Positions 12,702 through 26,715 of a DNA stretch of 64,000 bases are shown piece after piece; position 1 is the stretch's first letter, and each line of letters starts with the position of its first letter. Under the pieces are notes generated by a model, which made no database searches, was not told where the DNA came from, and worked only from the letters and a program-made list of their open reading frames with translations. Made by a program: the position numbers and the translations under genes. The DNA lies in the NCBI RefSeq assembly GCF_024256425.1, contig NC_071110.1:2663451-2727450 (forward strand), in the 5' to 3' direction. The DNA is from Clarias gariepinus (lineage: Eukaryota).

Positions 12702-12797
12702 TTTCGTACACTCACACACACTCGCTCAAAAAGTAAACATTCGAGTTTCGTTTTTCTGTAAAATAACTTCCTGGTTCTGTCTGTGGTGTAGGGTGAC

Positions 12798-12833
<36 letters not shown>

Positions 12834-13000
12834 CAGGTGTGGCTTTAAAGAGACAGACACTCCAGAATAATCGTATTTCAGGAGTTTGCAACGTATATAA
12901 CTACATCTACCAGTCAAACTGCAATGAACTTCACCTGTTCAAACCGTTGTTTTTGAACATCAGTTATTATGCTTTATAGGCTACACAGGCTACACTGCAC
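12702..13000 (-). promoter_or_regulatory. Presumed 5'UTR/promoter region of finTRIM copy B. It contains a (GA)n tract at 12795-12832.
   Basis: Position immediately 5' of the ATG. No motif was verified. Confidence 0.25.
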
Positions 13001-13109
13001 CACTAGCTAGTTAGGCAGCAACAACAGCTGGCTTACGAGATCTCAGAAGACATGAGGGTTCGTTTCCCATGACATAGGATGACTAATTGTGTATACATAT
13101 ATATATATA

Positions 13110-13920
13110 TATACTCAGCACAAAAAGAAACGTCCTCTGACCTTCAAGCAGTAAACTTAATGTGTAAATATTTGTATGAACACTTGGAGTCAACACCATA
13201 AGACATAAACTAAAAATGTTTCCCAATGTGTCCCTGAATGAAGGGAGGCTCAAAATCAAAAGTACCAGTCAGTATCTGGTGGCCACCAGCTGCTTGAAGT
13301 ACTGCAGTGCATCTCCTCCTCATGGACTGCCTATTGCGGACAGTCTGAGCACTGATGGAGGGACTGTGTGTTCCTGGTGTGACTCGGCCAGTTGTTGTGG
13401 CCATCCTGTACCTGTCACGCAGGTGTGATATTCGGATGTACCCATCCTGTGCAGGTGTTGTTACACGTGGTCTTCCACCGCGAGGATGATCAGCCGTCCT
13501 TCCTGTCTCCCTGTAGCGCCGTCTTAGGCGTCTCACGGTGCGGACATGGCAGTTTATTGCCCTAGCCACATCAGCAGTCCTCATGCCTCCCTGCAGCATG
13601 CCTAATGCACGTTCACGCAGATGAGCAGGGACCCTGGGCATCTTTCTTTGGGTGTTTTTCACAGTCGGTAGACAAGTCTCTTTAGTGTCCTGCGTTTTTA
13701 GAACTGTGACCTTAAATGCCTACTTTCTGTAAGCTGTTAAGGTCTTAACGACCATTCCACAGGTGCATGTTAATTAATTGATTATGGTTAATTGAACATG
13801 CATGGAAAACATTGTTTAAACCCTTTACAATGAAGATCTGTAAAGTTATTTGGATTTTAACAACATTATTGTTGAAATACACAGTCCTGAAAAAGGGACG
13901 TTTTTTTTTTTGCTGAGTAT
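13110..13920 (-). mobile_element. Internally deleted Tc1-like transposon with terminal inverted repeats
   Basis: TIRs 'actcagcacaaaaagaaacgtcc' (13113-13140) and its reverse complement 'ggacgtttttttttttgctgagtat' (13893-13920). ORF 13210..13662(-) encodes only the transposase N-terminal paired-like/HTH part ('...LRERALGMLQGGMRTADVARAINCHVRTVRRLRRRYRETGRTADHPRGGRPRVTT...'). Confidence 0.7.
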
Positions 13921-16433
13921 ATATACAAATAACCAGACTGGTACCTTTAATCAGAACATGTTTTATACCAAATAACTACTTTACAACTTGAAATTATCGT
14001 AAAATTTATCGTAGACTTTTACAACTATGTACAGACAACCTAATCATCCAAACTAACCATCTCACAAATGCAATAATTATAGTACATTAGAGATGAGCGA
14101 ATCTGGATTCATCCGGGTTAAATAACACAATCCTTTATATGACTCACGAATAACGAATCCTTCTATTCTTTTACTCTAATCAGTTGAGTCCTACTGTAAG
14201 TTATCTTGTTGCTAACAACAACATACAAAAACACAAACTGATAATTACACCATTCAGTTGTTTTACTGTAAATAGTTGTTAGCTAGTAACTGTAGGAACA
14301 AGTGGCTGACTGAGTTGTTTAGAAAACTTTCTGCAGGTCAGAAACATGAGAGACTCAGATTACTGGGTACTGATTCGTCTGATTCATCTGAACCGGGGGA
14401 CTCAGCGGATCCCCTGAACTCACACAGCGGAGTGAAGCAGTCGGTCTGGGAGACTCAGTGTGTGTTCATGAGTCCAAGGATTTGGTGAATTCTGAAGATC
14501 CACCAAATGGAGGACCTTGGCAAAAAGCGCCCCAGTGGAGGACCATGGCAAAAAACAGGTAGAATCCATATCACAATGATATAACAAAGCAAAGCGATTT
14601 CAAATCACAGTCATACACAGTACGATATGCAGTGAAATGCTTAGACAACTGCTCGTGACCTTAAAATAAAAGACTATGAATAGAAAATAAATATGAAAAA
14701 TAAAATAGAAGATAAATTTAACTATAATAAAATAAAGAAATAAAATAAAATATAAAATGCAAATAAAATAACTGTACACCAAAAATACACAATATAGAAA
14801 ATATATCAAGAAATATGGAACAATGAGAAAACAGCTGTACAAAGTGGATAAAGATTTATGGCATTTTTCTGCGGAATGAAGTTAGATATAAATGGTAATA
14901 AAAAAATGGTAATGTCCAGGGTTGTGCAATCCACATATTTAAAATGTCTTGTGCGTGCAAATATGCTTAAAGTTCATTTATTTAAAGTGGCTTGTGATTC
15001 AGAAGTTTATCATCTCTATAGTACATCTGGCAAACCAGATCTCTGTTTGTTCTCAGCAAAAAAAAAAAAAAAAAGAGCATTCAAGCATTCGTCCAGATGC
15101 CCTGATTTGCATTTTCCGTTTAAACAAATGGGTTTCAGCAGACACGAGCTGTTTGGATGTATATTCATCTGGATACAGCCTACAGGAGGTGGTGTTACCA
15201 TACAGGAGTCAGGAAGCACAAGGAAGGGGCTGCACTGGAACCTTCTCATCAGATTATAATACGTTACAATTTGCAACATCATTCACACCCTACAGTAATC
15301 CCGCTTCTTTTCACCTGCTTTCCAGTTACATCCCAAACAATTCACACCCATCCCCAGCTCCGTACTCACCTCAGGACAAACAACCCGTCAAAACTAATCC
15401 TAAATCATAATCATATACACAAGCTGTATACGCAAAGTTGGTCTTAAAACTTTCCTGCAGTGTTTTAGGAATGTGTTAATGGCTAGTTGACTAGTGTGTG
15501 CATGTACAGTCATCGTAGTAATGGAGTTGTGAGGTTTTCCGTGATGATTATATTCCTTTCCTTTCGCTTCTATTAGTCTGAAAATTTGTAGCAAATAGGA
15601 TCAAAAGAAATGGTTACTATTCCTACTGCTATTCTTTGCCTATAGAGAGTTGACCCACGCATGCACAGAGTTTTCCACCTTGGAGTGACTACTGTAGCTG
15701 CGTGGCGAGTCAGGGGTCCACTGGGCTTTTGCTTGTGTGTTGAAGGAGAAGATGCCTGCTGAGTATTGTTCAGTAACTAGATTGTAGGTGAAAACAGTAA
15801 ACGGCTAATTCAAATAAAATAATTAACCAGACAGTTTTGTGCCATTTTTTTCCCTCCTGTTATGTCTGCATGTAGCCCTCTGGTTTTGTTCAAGGTAACT
15901 AGGCTACCTAAATTATGTCTGTTGCAGGTATGGATGATGGACCATATCACAAGCAGTGGAGATTTGCTCAAAAACTTAAAACTTTCTGAGTTGCAAAATA
16001 TTTTGTTTATATATTTTTGAGTACTGAGCACATTTAATATTAATGGTACAGTACATTAATGACTGATAACTAAAGGGGTTCAGTGGAGAGCTGGCTGTGA
16101 AACTGCGAGCACCTCCATATTGTGTATTTAAGCCGCCAATGGACATCAAGAAAGGACCACTTTTTTTCACTGTATTATTTATTTTTATTCTCACACTCTT
16201 TTGAACCTCTGGGAGACAAATGTAGGTGTCACATATCAGCCATTTTTTCACAAAATATGTGACTTTAAAAACAAACATGTGCAAAGCTACTATGAAACAA
16301 ATAGCTCTGGAGTGTGTACAGTACATACTTGTCAACATTCAGTTGAAAAAAAAAAAAAACCTGCACAAAGTGTTAAAGTGCTAAACGTGGAGTGTTGAAT
16401 GTTAAACTGATGGTGTGTGCAGTGTGAGGATGT

Positions 16434-16555
16434 TAATTAGCCCTTCCAGGACAGGAAGTAGATTTGCCCCAGTGCGTCTCCACATACGATCTGACTCGGG
16501 TCATTCGGGTTCACCTGCAGAACCTCGACTGGAGCGTCACACACAAACAGGCCAA

Positions 16556-16556
<1 letters not shown>
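16434..16556 (-). CDS. tep1: tep1 last coding exon ('LGLFVCDAPVEVLQVNPNDPSQIVCGDALGQIYFLSWKG*').
   Basis: The acceptor is the 3' end of the (CT)n tract (plus-strand (GA)n 16558-16600). Stop TAA at 16434-16436. Confidence 0.65.
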
Positions 16557-16604
<48 letters not shown>

Positions 16605-19077
16605 ATATACATAACATAAAACACAATACAACACAATACACACACACACCTGTTTCTTAGTCTTCCTGTCCCACAGTTTGATGGTCCTGTCGTACGAGGC
16701 TGAGATGATGATGCTCTCCGTCAGACGCAGCGCACTGATCCTGTCACTGTGCACCTGCAGCATTCACATCACATTTACTTCAGTGTAGATTCAGGAACTT
16801 ATTCATGCGTATTCATGCAAACTAAATCTAAAAAAATATCTGATCAAATCCGTACAGGTTTTTAAAAGGTACAGTAGCAGAGAGTCGGCTTAATGATTAA
16901 AAGTAAATAATGTTTGTTGAATGAAACTTCAAAGAAAGGCTAAAATATGAGAAGGTTCTGAACGTGGATGAGCGTCAGACTCACACGTCTCCTCGGAGTC
17001 CAGGAGCTCAGGGTCGGCGTCTCATTAAACCACATGTGACCCTTTAAATCTCCACATACAATCAGATCTGTGGATAAAATGATAAAACACAGACCGTCTC
17101 AGCGTGTGTGTACCGTTGATGAGTGTGTGTTCACAGTGGAATGAAGTACAAAGCAATACAGATTCTGACTTTAATACACACTCACACAAACAATAAAATA
17201 AAGTTTATTATTTACATCATGCTGCATATTAAAATGAAGTAAAGAAACCTTTTACTTATGTCAATATACAGCATAATAATAAAGTTAACTTCCATTTATT
17301 CCATTTATTTTTCTGTAGTTCTCAAGGAATCTAAAAACACTCACAATAGAAGAAAAAGGGAAAAAACAACAATGTTCGTAATTCTAAATATAAAAACAAG
17401 GTTGTATGCAAGTCTTTAACCTTGTTTACCATTTATAGAGTTTTAATCTTTTGTATAAATAATCAAAAAAAGTTTTAGGCAGAACTCCCTTTAAAAAAAG
17501 AAAAAGTGTTCACACTGAGATATAATCAAGTCTTCTATTTTTGAACAAAAAATAAACAATTTAAATAAATAATTTCTAAGCTCTTAAACAAGATACATTT
17601 AAATATTATACATATATAAACGGATTGGCTATTTAAATAAAAAAATACTTTAAATTGCAGATGATATCATTAATATGTAAATAATGAAATGTAATAAAAT
17701 ATCAGAAATTAATATTGCTAATTAAATAACAAAATGTATATCATTTAAACTCACAAAATATACAAACTTTATATAAAATGAGACTAAAAAAATTAATCAG
17801 ATGCTTTATTTTGTGTATAAATAAAATATATAAATAAATAAGGTGAAAATAATTTTTCTTGCATGTTTCTGAAAACTAAAAAAATATTGGTTAAACTTTA
17901 AACTAACAAAATGCTTATTTAAAACATACAACATTCTTTTACTAATTGTATGTAATTTATTATCTCAGATAGTCATAGTGTAATTTTAATTATTATTTAA
18001 AATAATGAGTACAGTGTTTATATTAACTCTTATTAGAAAAACAAGTATGCAGCAGCTTATCAAATAAATCACTGATGCATTATTGCGGGTGTGTGTGTGT
18101 GTGTGTGCGTGTGATTGCATGCGTGTGTGTGTGTGTGTGCGCGTGCGTGTGTGTGTGTGTGTGTGCACGCTCTTTACTGTGTGAAATAAATAACACACCG
18201 TTGTGCAAAGCAGCAGCCGTGATGTTGTACTCCCTGCTCTCATGTTTCTCCCCCTGATGATGATGATGATGATGATGATGGACTCGCTCCTCTTCCTCCT
18301 GAGTCTGATCAAAACCTGACTTCAGGCTGGCATTTGTGTCCAACTGCAGCAATTCTTCTGACTCTTCTTTTCCTTTTCCTTTTCTTCTTCTTTTTGCTCC
18401 TTTTTCACTTTTTTCTTCACTGCAACGGGTGTGCTGCGAGCAAAGTGATAAATAAATCTGAATCCTGAGAGAGACGCAGCTGAAGCTCGTTCACATGATG
18501 TTTTAAGATCAGGTCTCGTTTCATTCGCGCTCCATTTAGAGAGTGATTTACTGAACTATAAGGACAAGTGACAGCACTCACCAGGTGTGCCAGTACAGGC
18601 TTGTTGTGCTCTTCTCCCACCAGCCACAGGCCGTGTTCCCCGCTTCCTTCGATACACAACACGTGGGTGCGGCGATACAAACTGGGACAACAACAAGTCA
18701 GTCATGACAGTTTAATTTTCAGTACATTTTTAGTCCAATATTTAGCCAGATTTCCCTGGAGGAAGTTTTAAGAATGTAATCATTAAAAGCCTTAAAGGTA
18801 AAATACAAAGAGGCCTGACACTGACAGCGTAAAGACATTATTTATATATCAGTGTATTTTAGTGTGAGAATGATGTCAACACAGGAACCTGATACTGTAT
18901 GGTCCAGGTTTTATGTCCTCATCTGATGAGGCCAGATCGCTCAGGTCTACACAGGTTACAGCATCATATCTATGGAGTTTTTCTTTCCTGATGGCACGGA
19001 CGTATTTCAGGAGTCAGATTGTAAAAATGTGGCTCTGGGAGCACGAGGAATAATTTTTACACATGAACTGGACACCA

Positions 19078-19131
<54 letters not shown>

Positions 19132-21464
19132 GTGTGTGTGTATCTTGCTTACTTCCACATATTCTGGTGCTCTTCTTTTGCATTTGAAAAGACGTTGATG
19201 ATGATGGAGTCTAAAGACACGGCCAGCAGAGTGGTGCAGTAGTGCAGAAACATCGCGCTACTCTTCAGAGTGTACGACTGAACTTTGGAAAGACTGGGAT
19301 GGAATAAAAAAAACATTAAATAAAAAAAATAAATAATAAAAAATTTAATAAATTCATATTTAAGGTATATTTATAAAATGTCCATCCTATGTTTGCCTTG
19401 TATTTGAAAGTACAGTCTCTGTTGTGTGTTTATATTGTGCTTTTGTTTCTTCTATGTACAGTTTATTTGGTTGTAGAATATTTTAATATTTAATTTTAAT
19501 TATAGATATTTATGCTTCTATATTTATACTTTTTTGTCTGTGTAAAAGTATTATTATTAATTCATTTTTATTATAATTATTTCTATTAATAATAATATTG
19601 TTATGCTGTCGTGTTTTATAAACCCTATGTTTGTGTGCGTGTATACATGTAGAAGTGTGTGTGTTTATGTGTGTGTGAGATTACCCTGCAATACACTGCT
19701 GCGAGTCCTTCTTCAGCTTCCACACACTCACTGTAGAATCACTGCAGCCCACCGCTAACTGCTCATCCGGCATACTGCATAGTGCAGTGATACGGCTATC
19801 ACTCAGCTTCACACACACACACACACACACTTCTTTATAAATACCCACATATTATAAATATGGTCTCATATCAGGAAGGACAGATGGATGTCTAGCTAGA
19901 CAGAAAGACAGACACGTAAGCACTCAGTAAGATAAACTAACAGTATTCTGTACATCTTGGTTTCTGCATATCTAGATACCAGTCTGGCTGTCTATTTCCA
20001 TCTTCATTCTGCATTTTGTATTCCTTTAAGCATAAAGTGATTGAGTATAAAGGCACTTATCTAAATGCTTCTAATTGAAAAAAATAAATAAATAAACCTC
20101 GTCTCAAACAGTGAAATGTTAAATACTCCAGATGAATATCTTTTAACCTCAGAGGTGTGACCTAAACATAATGTGAATAAAGCAGCAAGAAACTCCACGT
20201 GAGCAGGAGCGTAACCCAACTCTGAAAGCAAATGACGATGTGACGTGTGTAGTTTGGTACGTGAGGATAATCATAAACACGTCGCGTTGTTAAACTCACC
20301 TTATTGGAGTAAAGGAGTTCGAGCTGCTGCCACATCTCCAGTCTGCCGGAGCTGAAAGCACACACCAGGACATCCTGCAGCTCCAGGAAACACATCGCAC
20401 TCACACTCTCCATCGTTCTGGGGGGCAGGCCTACACACACACACACACACACACACAAGTATTAACGTGTTTAAGCATTCTGAAAGGAGTCTACAGTGTC
20501 AGTGCTTTGAAACACCCAGAGGTAAAGCTGTAACTTTGGATTTTATAACATTATTAAAACAGAAATGAGTGTGTAAATGTTTTAATATTAAACTAATAGA
20601 AACAGAGACACAAATAAATACGTAAGGGTGATGATGATCAGACTGCACACCTGTATTAACGCTCCAGGCTCTGAGACTGCGATCGTCAGACACAGTGAGG
20701 AAGTGTGGACCAGAGCCGCTCGCTAAAGCACGAACACCTCCACTGTGACCAAGCAGAGTGCTGCGGTGCTCAACCTACAGACAGAGATGAATTATGAGAC
20801 AGCTGCACAAACTCTATATAGGAAATAACGTTAAATAAATGTCCCTTTACCATATTAATGATTACACACATTTTAAATGTGTTTATGAGCTGTTACTATA
20901 GAAATAATAACTTGTCAGTTGACCAGATTTAATATTTGTTTTAGTATCTGAGTCGCATATAGAGATGGTTTCTACCTGTAGCGGTTGCCAGATCTTCACA
21001 GATCCATCATCAGACGCTGTAGCGATCAGGACGTCCTCGGGATTCTTCACCAGTCCTGCGAATACATTCATGGAACTAATCAATGATAAGTATTTTGTAA
21101 GTTACAGTATATTTTTGGTGCAGGTATGAGACGGGAACCAGTGGGCGTGGCCGAGCGGGAAGATGTGCTGCAGAGAATTAGCAGGAAATGAGAGAGTCGC
21201 TTCACCTGTGTGTGAATAACGGGGAGGTGAGAGGTCGTGTGTGTCTTATAGAAGAGTGAGTTTGTGTATTGATTCCGGTTAACTGATTTCTGTTTCAAAA
21301 CTGTGTGTGTGTGTGTGTGTGTGTGTAACCTGGTTTAGGTATGATGGCGGTGTGGTGGATGCGGGAAAGATGAGCTTTGATCTCAGCAATTACTCCAAGA
21401 TTAGATTTCCACACCGTCAGCAGTCCATCAGCAGAACCCAACATCACATAGTCCTCCTGCAGCC

Positions 21465-21510
<46 letters not shown>

Positions 21511-24500
21511 ATACAGCATTTATACACATCTTCACTCGCACTATAAATCGCTATATTAACAAACAGTCCATCTACTGACTCACCCAGCAGCACAGCGAGC
21601 CCACGGAGGACGCAACTGAGACTTCCCTGATGCAACTTCCTGTCTGGATGTCCCACAGTCTCAGCCTGCAGTCGTTAGAGCAGCTCAGCTACAGACACAT
21701 TAAAATTAATTAATATGATTGACCGTCTAATGCCTAAACACACAGAGTTCTATAAACCTACTGATCAGTTCTTGTCCATGTGTTATAAAGGTGTTATAAA
21801 CCTGTCCTCCGTCTTTCAATACAATTTACATGATTTTACAGAAGGTGCCAATACTTCTGGAGACGAACGTACAGTTCAAGTGTTGAATTTGGGAGTACTG
21901 AGCCTCAACACCCCATACACACACACACACACACACTCACCAGGGCGGATGGAGTCCAGGCGCATGCGGTGATCCAGTCTCCGTGACAGTGCAGTAAAGA
22001 GCGAGACAGAGACGGAGGGGAGGAGTTTATCGTCCACACCATCAGAGCCTGACACAAACACAGCACTCTTACATACACAATCAGATCTGAAACTAATAAA
22101 ACATTAGCACTTAAACCTTATTTTTATTCATTCTGCCACAGCGATGCTAAACTCTCCATTCTGATTGGTCAGATGGTGTCGATTAAGTCTCTGTCATTTA
22201 CGGAACTAATTTGTGTCGAAAAAGTATGATGTCATTCTTTAATATAAATGATCATTGCTTTCAAGTAGGAATAGAACACTTGAGGATATGGCTGGTGTTT
22301 AGCGTACCTTGTCTTTTCCTCCTGACAGCAGCTGATCTCCTTTTGGACTGAAGGCCAAACATGTGACCCCTCCACTGTGACCCCTCAGAACACTCACTGC
22401 TCTCGGTTCAGCCCAGGGGTCGCAGGTCAAATCTTTCTTCAACCACAATGCGATGGTGAAGTCGTCTAAGAGATCAAACACAGGTTTAAAGAAACTATCC
22501 AACAAAAGTGAAACAAAAAGTTACATTATCCTAAAACGATGAATTTCCAAAGCTTTAATTCCTCTCGTTTAAAAGTTATAAATTACAGGTACAGTACGTT
22601 ACCATTAACAGCCTTTTTTTGCACTGATTTCTGTCTCTGAGAGAATCATTACTGTTACGGAGTTCTGAGTTTGTGTATCGTACTGACCCGATGCTGAGGC
22701 TACATGAGTGGAGTTCTGGTTCAGAGCGAGGACGGCGCCCTTCTGGACACCGAAGACTCCTGCGAGTGTTGGAGTTTTCTCGTGTCCTCTCTGCTTTCTC
22801 CACAGACGCAGACGCTGATCTAACCCTCCAGACAGCAGGAGATAACCTGCTGGAGTCTTAAGCCAGAGCACACACAGCATGGACACACGCAGGTCCTCAG
22901 TGGACCACACACAGCCCCCTACAACACACACACACGTAGACAAATGTCAAATCAGTAGTTTGAATTCTGTAGTGTTTTAAATAAATGGAAAAAAAGAAAA
23001 CTAAACCAAAGCACTGTAGAGTTATATAACCCAAGGTTAAACTAAGACGGTTTATGGATGATGTTTTATTGTACCTGAGTTTATGTTGTAGAGTTTAAGC
23101 CCATTTCCATGGTAACCTACAGCAGCAAAGTGACCGTTCACAGCCACACAGAGAGCAGCATCTTTAGACACCTGTCTGGTCGCTGAGGATTTCAACAGCT
23201 TCTGCACAGGAAAAAGTTCTTCATCATCATCATCATCCTCTCCACCATCATCCTCATCAACCTCTTTACCATCATCACCATAATTATCCATTAAATCATC
23301 ATCATCACCCTCATCTAGATCATCATTACTCTCATCATCCTCTTTACCCTGATCATCTTCATCACCATCTTCATCACAACCACGAATGTCATACTATTAT
23401 CATCATCATCATCATCATCATCTTTCTTCTCACCATCATCACCTTAACCATCATTATTATCATCATAGATCATTATAGACAGACAGACAGACAGGGAGCT
23501 CTTATCATAGTTTTATTAACACGTGGAGTACCTTTTCTTCCCCCAACACGGAAACTGAGCGCCCGAGACCTCCAGACCACATCTGGACCTGAAACACACA
23601 CAAACACACATTTAGTGTCCAGCACTAATACACTTTTCTGGGCACGTGTGTGTGTGTGTGTGTGTGTTCGCGTGCGTGTGCATGCGTGTTACTTCTCACC
23701 ATGCCATCATGTCCAGCGCTGAGTAGTGACTCACCATCACACAGGAAGTGGAGTGCCTCAGTAGAGCCGTGGTGAGCGTGATAGCGCCACACACAGGACG
23801 AGCCGGGAACCGACCACAACCTCATCTCTCCATCCAACGCCCCCGAACAAAGTGAGAGAGAGGAGGACGGAGAGAACGACACACTGCGTACTGAACACTG
23901 ATGACCTGAAAGAGTCTGGAGGAGAGGGGGAAAGAGGGAAAGGGAGAAGAAAAAAAAGAGACACAGAAAGTTAAGTACAGAGGGAAAAAAAACACAGGGA
24001 ATGAAAAAGAAAAGATACAGATGAAAGATTGTAAAAGTGAAAGAAATTAGGAGAGAAAGAGAGAGATATGAAGGAAAATGTTAAGAAAGAAAAAAAGAAA
24101 AAACAAAAAAAGGAATGAAAAAGTAGTGAAGAAAAAAGATATAATGAGAAGAAGAAAAAAGTGAATTTGGAAGAGAAAAGAGGGACAAGTGATAAGTGGA
24201 GCAAAAACACATAAAATAAGATTCATATGAGTGAAAGAAAAAGAAAGGAGAATAAAAAGAGTTAAAAGAAAATGAAAAAGCAAACAGAAGCAACAGATAG
24301 GAGGGATAAAGTGGTGGAAATAAAATAGATAAGAAAATGAGAGCAAGAGAGAGAGATCATTTGATTAATAGGTGGTTGATAATTGGGACTCCAATACCCA
24401 TAATTCTCAGTTTACCCATAATACCCAGCATCCTCCTTACCATGCAGTTCTCCTGTTTGATCCAGTCCCACACTCGCACCGCTCCGTCCCAGCAGCCCAC

Positions 24501-26675
24501 TGCCACCAGACTCCCGTCGGGGTCAAAGGTCACACAGTTTAGAGGGCAGGGGTTCTCCAGAGATGCCTCCTGCTTCCCTGTTCTGGAGGACCACACCTAC
24601 ACACACACGGCCACGCACACTGTAAATAATTGTTTATGCTATACAACATATGTGTGAATGTGATTCATTCTGACCTTCAGAGTGAAGTCTAAAGAAACAG
24701 TAGCGAAGTGCTTTCTGTCTGAGCTGACATCACATCCTGTTATCCTGTTGGAGTGGGCGGGCAGGTGAGCCATCCTACAGAAAACATCACAGGAATGTTT
24801 AAAACACAGATTCATTATTTTCAGATAATTTAAATATTTAGACAAACAGACAAACAATCAAACAAAAGTTCAGATATGAAGATGTTCAATTTGACAGATG
24901 TTTTAACAGACATACAGAATTGATATCCAGATGTTCAGACAGACATCCAGACAGTAAGATGTACATAGACACACACTATCTGTTATGGTTGGTTTATTGT
25001 ATTTTTTTCATTTCTTTTCAACACACCGACCTGCAGCCGCTGTTAACGTCCCATGTCTCCACCTGTCCGTCATAGGAGGTCGTCCACAGAATGCACTCAT
25101 CCAGAAATAGACACCCTGAGATCCCATCACAGTTACTGACTAGTGACTTTAGTTCCTGTTGTGATTGAAGGAGAACAACAAAAAAATACATTTTTCTCAA
25201 AAGCATATGACAACATGAGAGAACGACAGGTGTTACCTCTCCTATTACAACAGTTATAAACCTAAAAGAAAAGACATGAGAATAGAGACATGGATAAAAA
25301 AATGGCTGTTACCTGGTTGGTGTGTGTGTGGTAGAGATGGAGAGAACCTTGTTCTGTCCCAACCGCCATGAGACCTCCACTAGGACTCAGAGACACACAG
25401 GACGGAGTCTGCTGAAAGGTGGAAACCAGCTCGCTGCAGAATAAAAAATGATTTTCCTTTTGTAATGTCAGGCACACATATAGGTAGTCAAAATTGCTTT
25501 CTCAGCAGAAACCGATGGATTGTCTACTCCAGGTGGGGAGCGAGTCGTTACCCCAAGTGAAGGGGTTTAAGTATGTTGGGGTCTTGTTTACGAGTGATGG
25601 AACATTGGAATGTGAGGTTGGCTGGAGAATTGGAACAGAGGGGGCAATATTGCATTCGCTTTACCGCACTGTTGTGACGAAAAGAGAGTTGAGCCAAAAG
25701 GCAAAGCTTCGATCATTTTTTATTTGAATTCCAAAACGTCAAACTTTTTATCGTCATTAAGAATATAATATGAAATCGCAGCTGAGGTGTTGGACCGCTA
25801 ATACACCATTTCTATAAATGGTATTTTTTAATAACACGGGGTAAGTCAAAGTGCTTCGAGTGATTCCTACCCAGCTTCCTGTTGGGATTCTTTGGACTTG
25901 TTCACCCATCTGACAGTGTGGACGCTTCCCTCTTCCACTGCACTTTTAGCCCAGGCATAAGCAGCCGAGGTGTCTGGTTCATTCAGGGCTTGCTGCACAA
26001 ACAAAGCTGGCCAATGGGAGAGAAGAGGGGCGTGGCGCTTCAGAAACGAGTGACAAGCCAGGACCTCATCCGAGCAATCTGCGAAGATGAGGAGGTTTAC
26101 CATGCGGTTAAATCATTTAAAGCTAAAATCAGCTGAAATAAATAGGAATGATGGATGAATGTACCGGATGCCTCAGGACAGAGAGCCATGTCCACTTCAT
26201 TCCACTTTTCTAATAATAAAGAGACAAAGAGCAGGGTCAAACAGATGTCATAACTGGATTCAGTAAGACACCATTGAAGTCTCCATGCTAATGAAATCCA
26301 GTAACACAGAACTTTTTAAACTCTTAAGAATACTGGATTGCTTGAAAACCCCTACCATAAGTGACGTAATTCTCCATCAGGCTGCGCAAGTGTCCGTGAC
26401 ACAAATTAGCATACAGGAAGTAGTAGTTGCAAAGCAGGAAACGCATCGGCTCCCACTGACCAGATTCCATCTGGAGATGAAAATAAAAAGGGGGTTAGAT
26501 TTTCTGTAACTGTGGGAAATGTGTTAAAGAAGCGTGGGAGTCAGTGGGAAGAGCAACTAACCAGATGAGCAGGAAGCTGTGCGAGTGTGTCCGGGTCACA
26601 GTGCAGGAACGTGTCATGTCCATGAGGATCTGACTGAACCCACAGGTGAGCTACAGAAATATAAAGACACATTTT

Positions 26676-26715
<40 letters not shown>

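Noticed and set aside
14600-14842. 80-aa minus ORF 'MYSCFLIVPYFLIYFLY...'. A similar one lies at 54463..54750(+).
   Set aside because: AT-rich low-complexity sequence. It overlaps the recurrent retroelement terminal motif. No domain.
18075-18352. ORFs through microsatellites, for example 18075..18257(+) 'CVCVCV' and 18080..18352(-) 'HTHTHT...HHHHHHHH'. Others include 39913..40158, 42317..42598 and 16415..16660.
   Set aside because: These are translations of (GT)n, (GA)n or (GAT)n tracts in tep1 introns and not genes.
23217-23460. Asp/Glu-rich stretch (DDDDDEE) in ORF 23052..23291 as an acidic domain of tep1.
   Set aside because: The acceptor 'tcctgtgcag|AAGCTGTTG' at about 23207 places the (GAT)n/(ATC)n tract in the intron and not in the exon.
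23971-24346. Three overlapping minus-strand ORFs rich in F, L and S.
   Set aside because: Artefact of the 470-bp polypurine/polypyrimidine tract.
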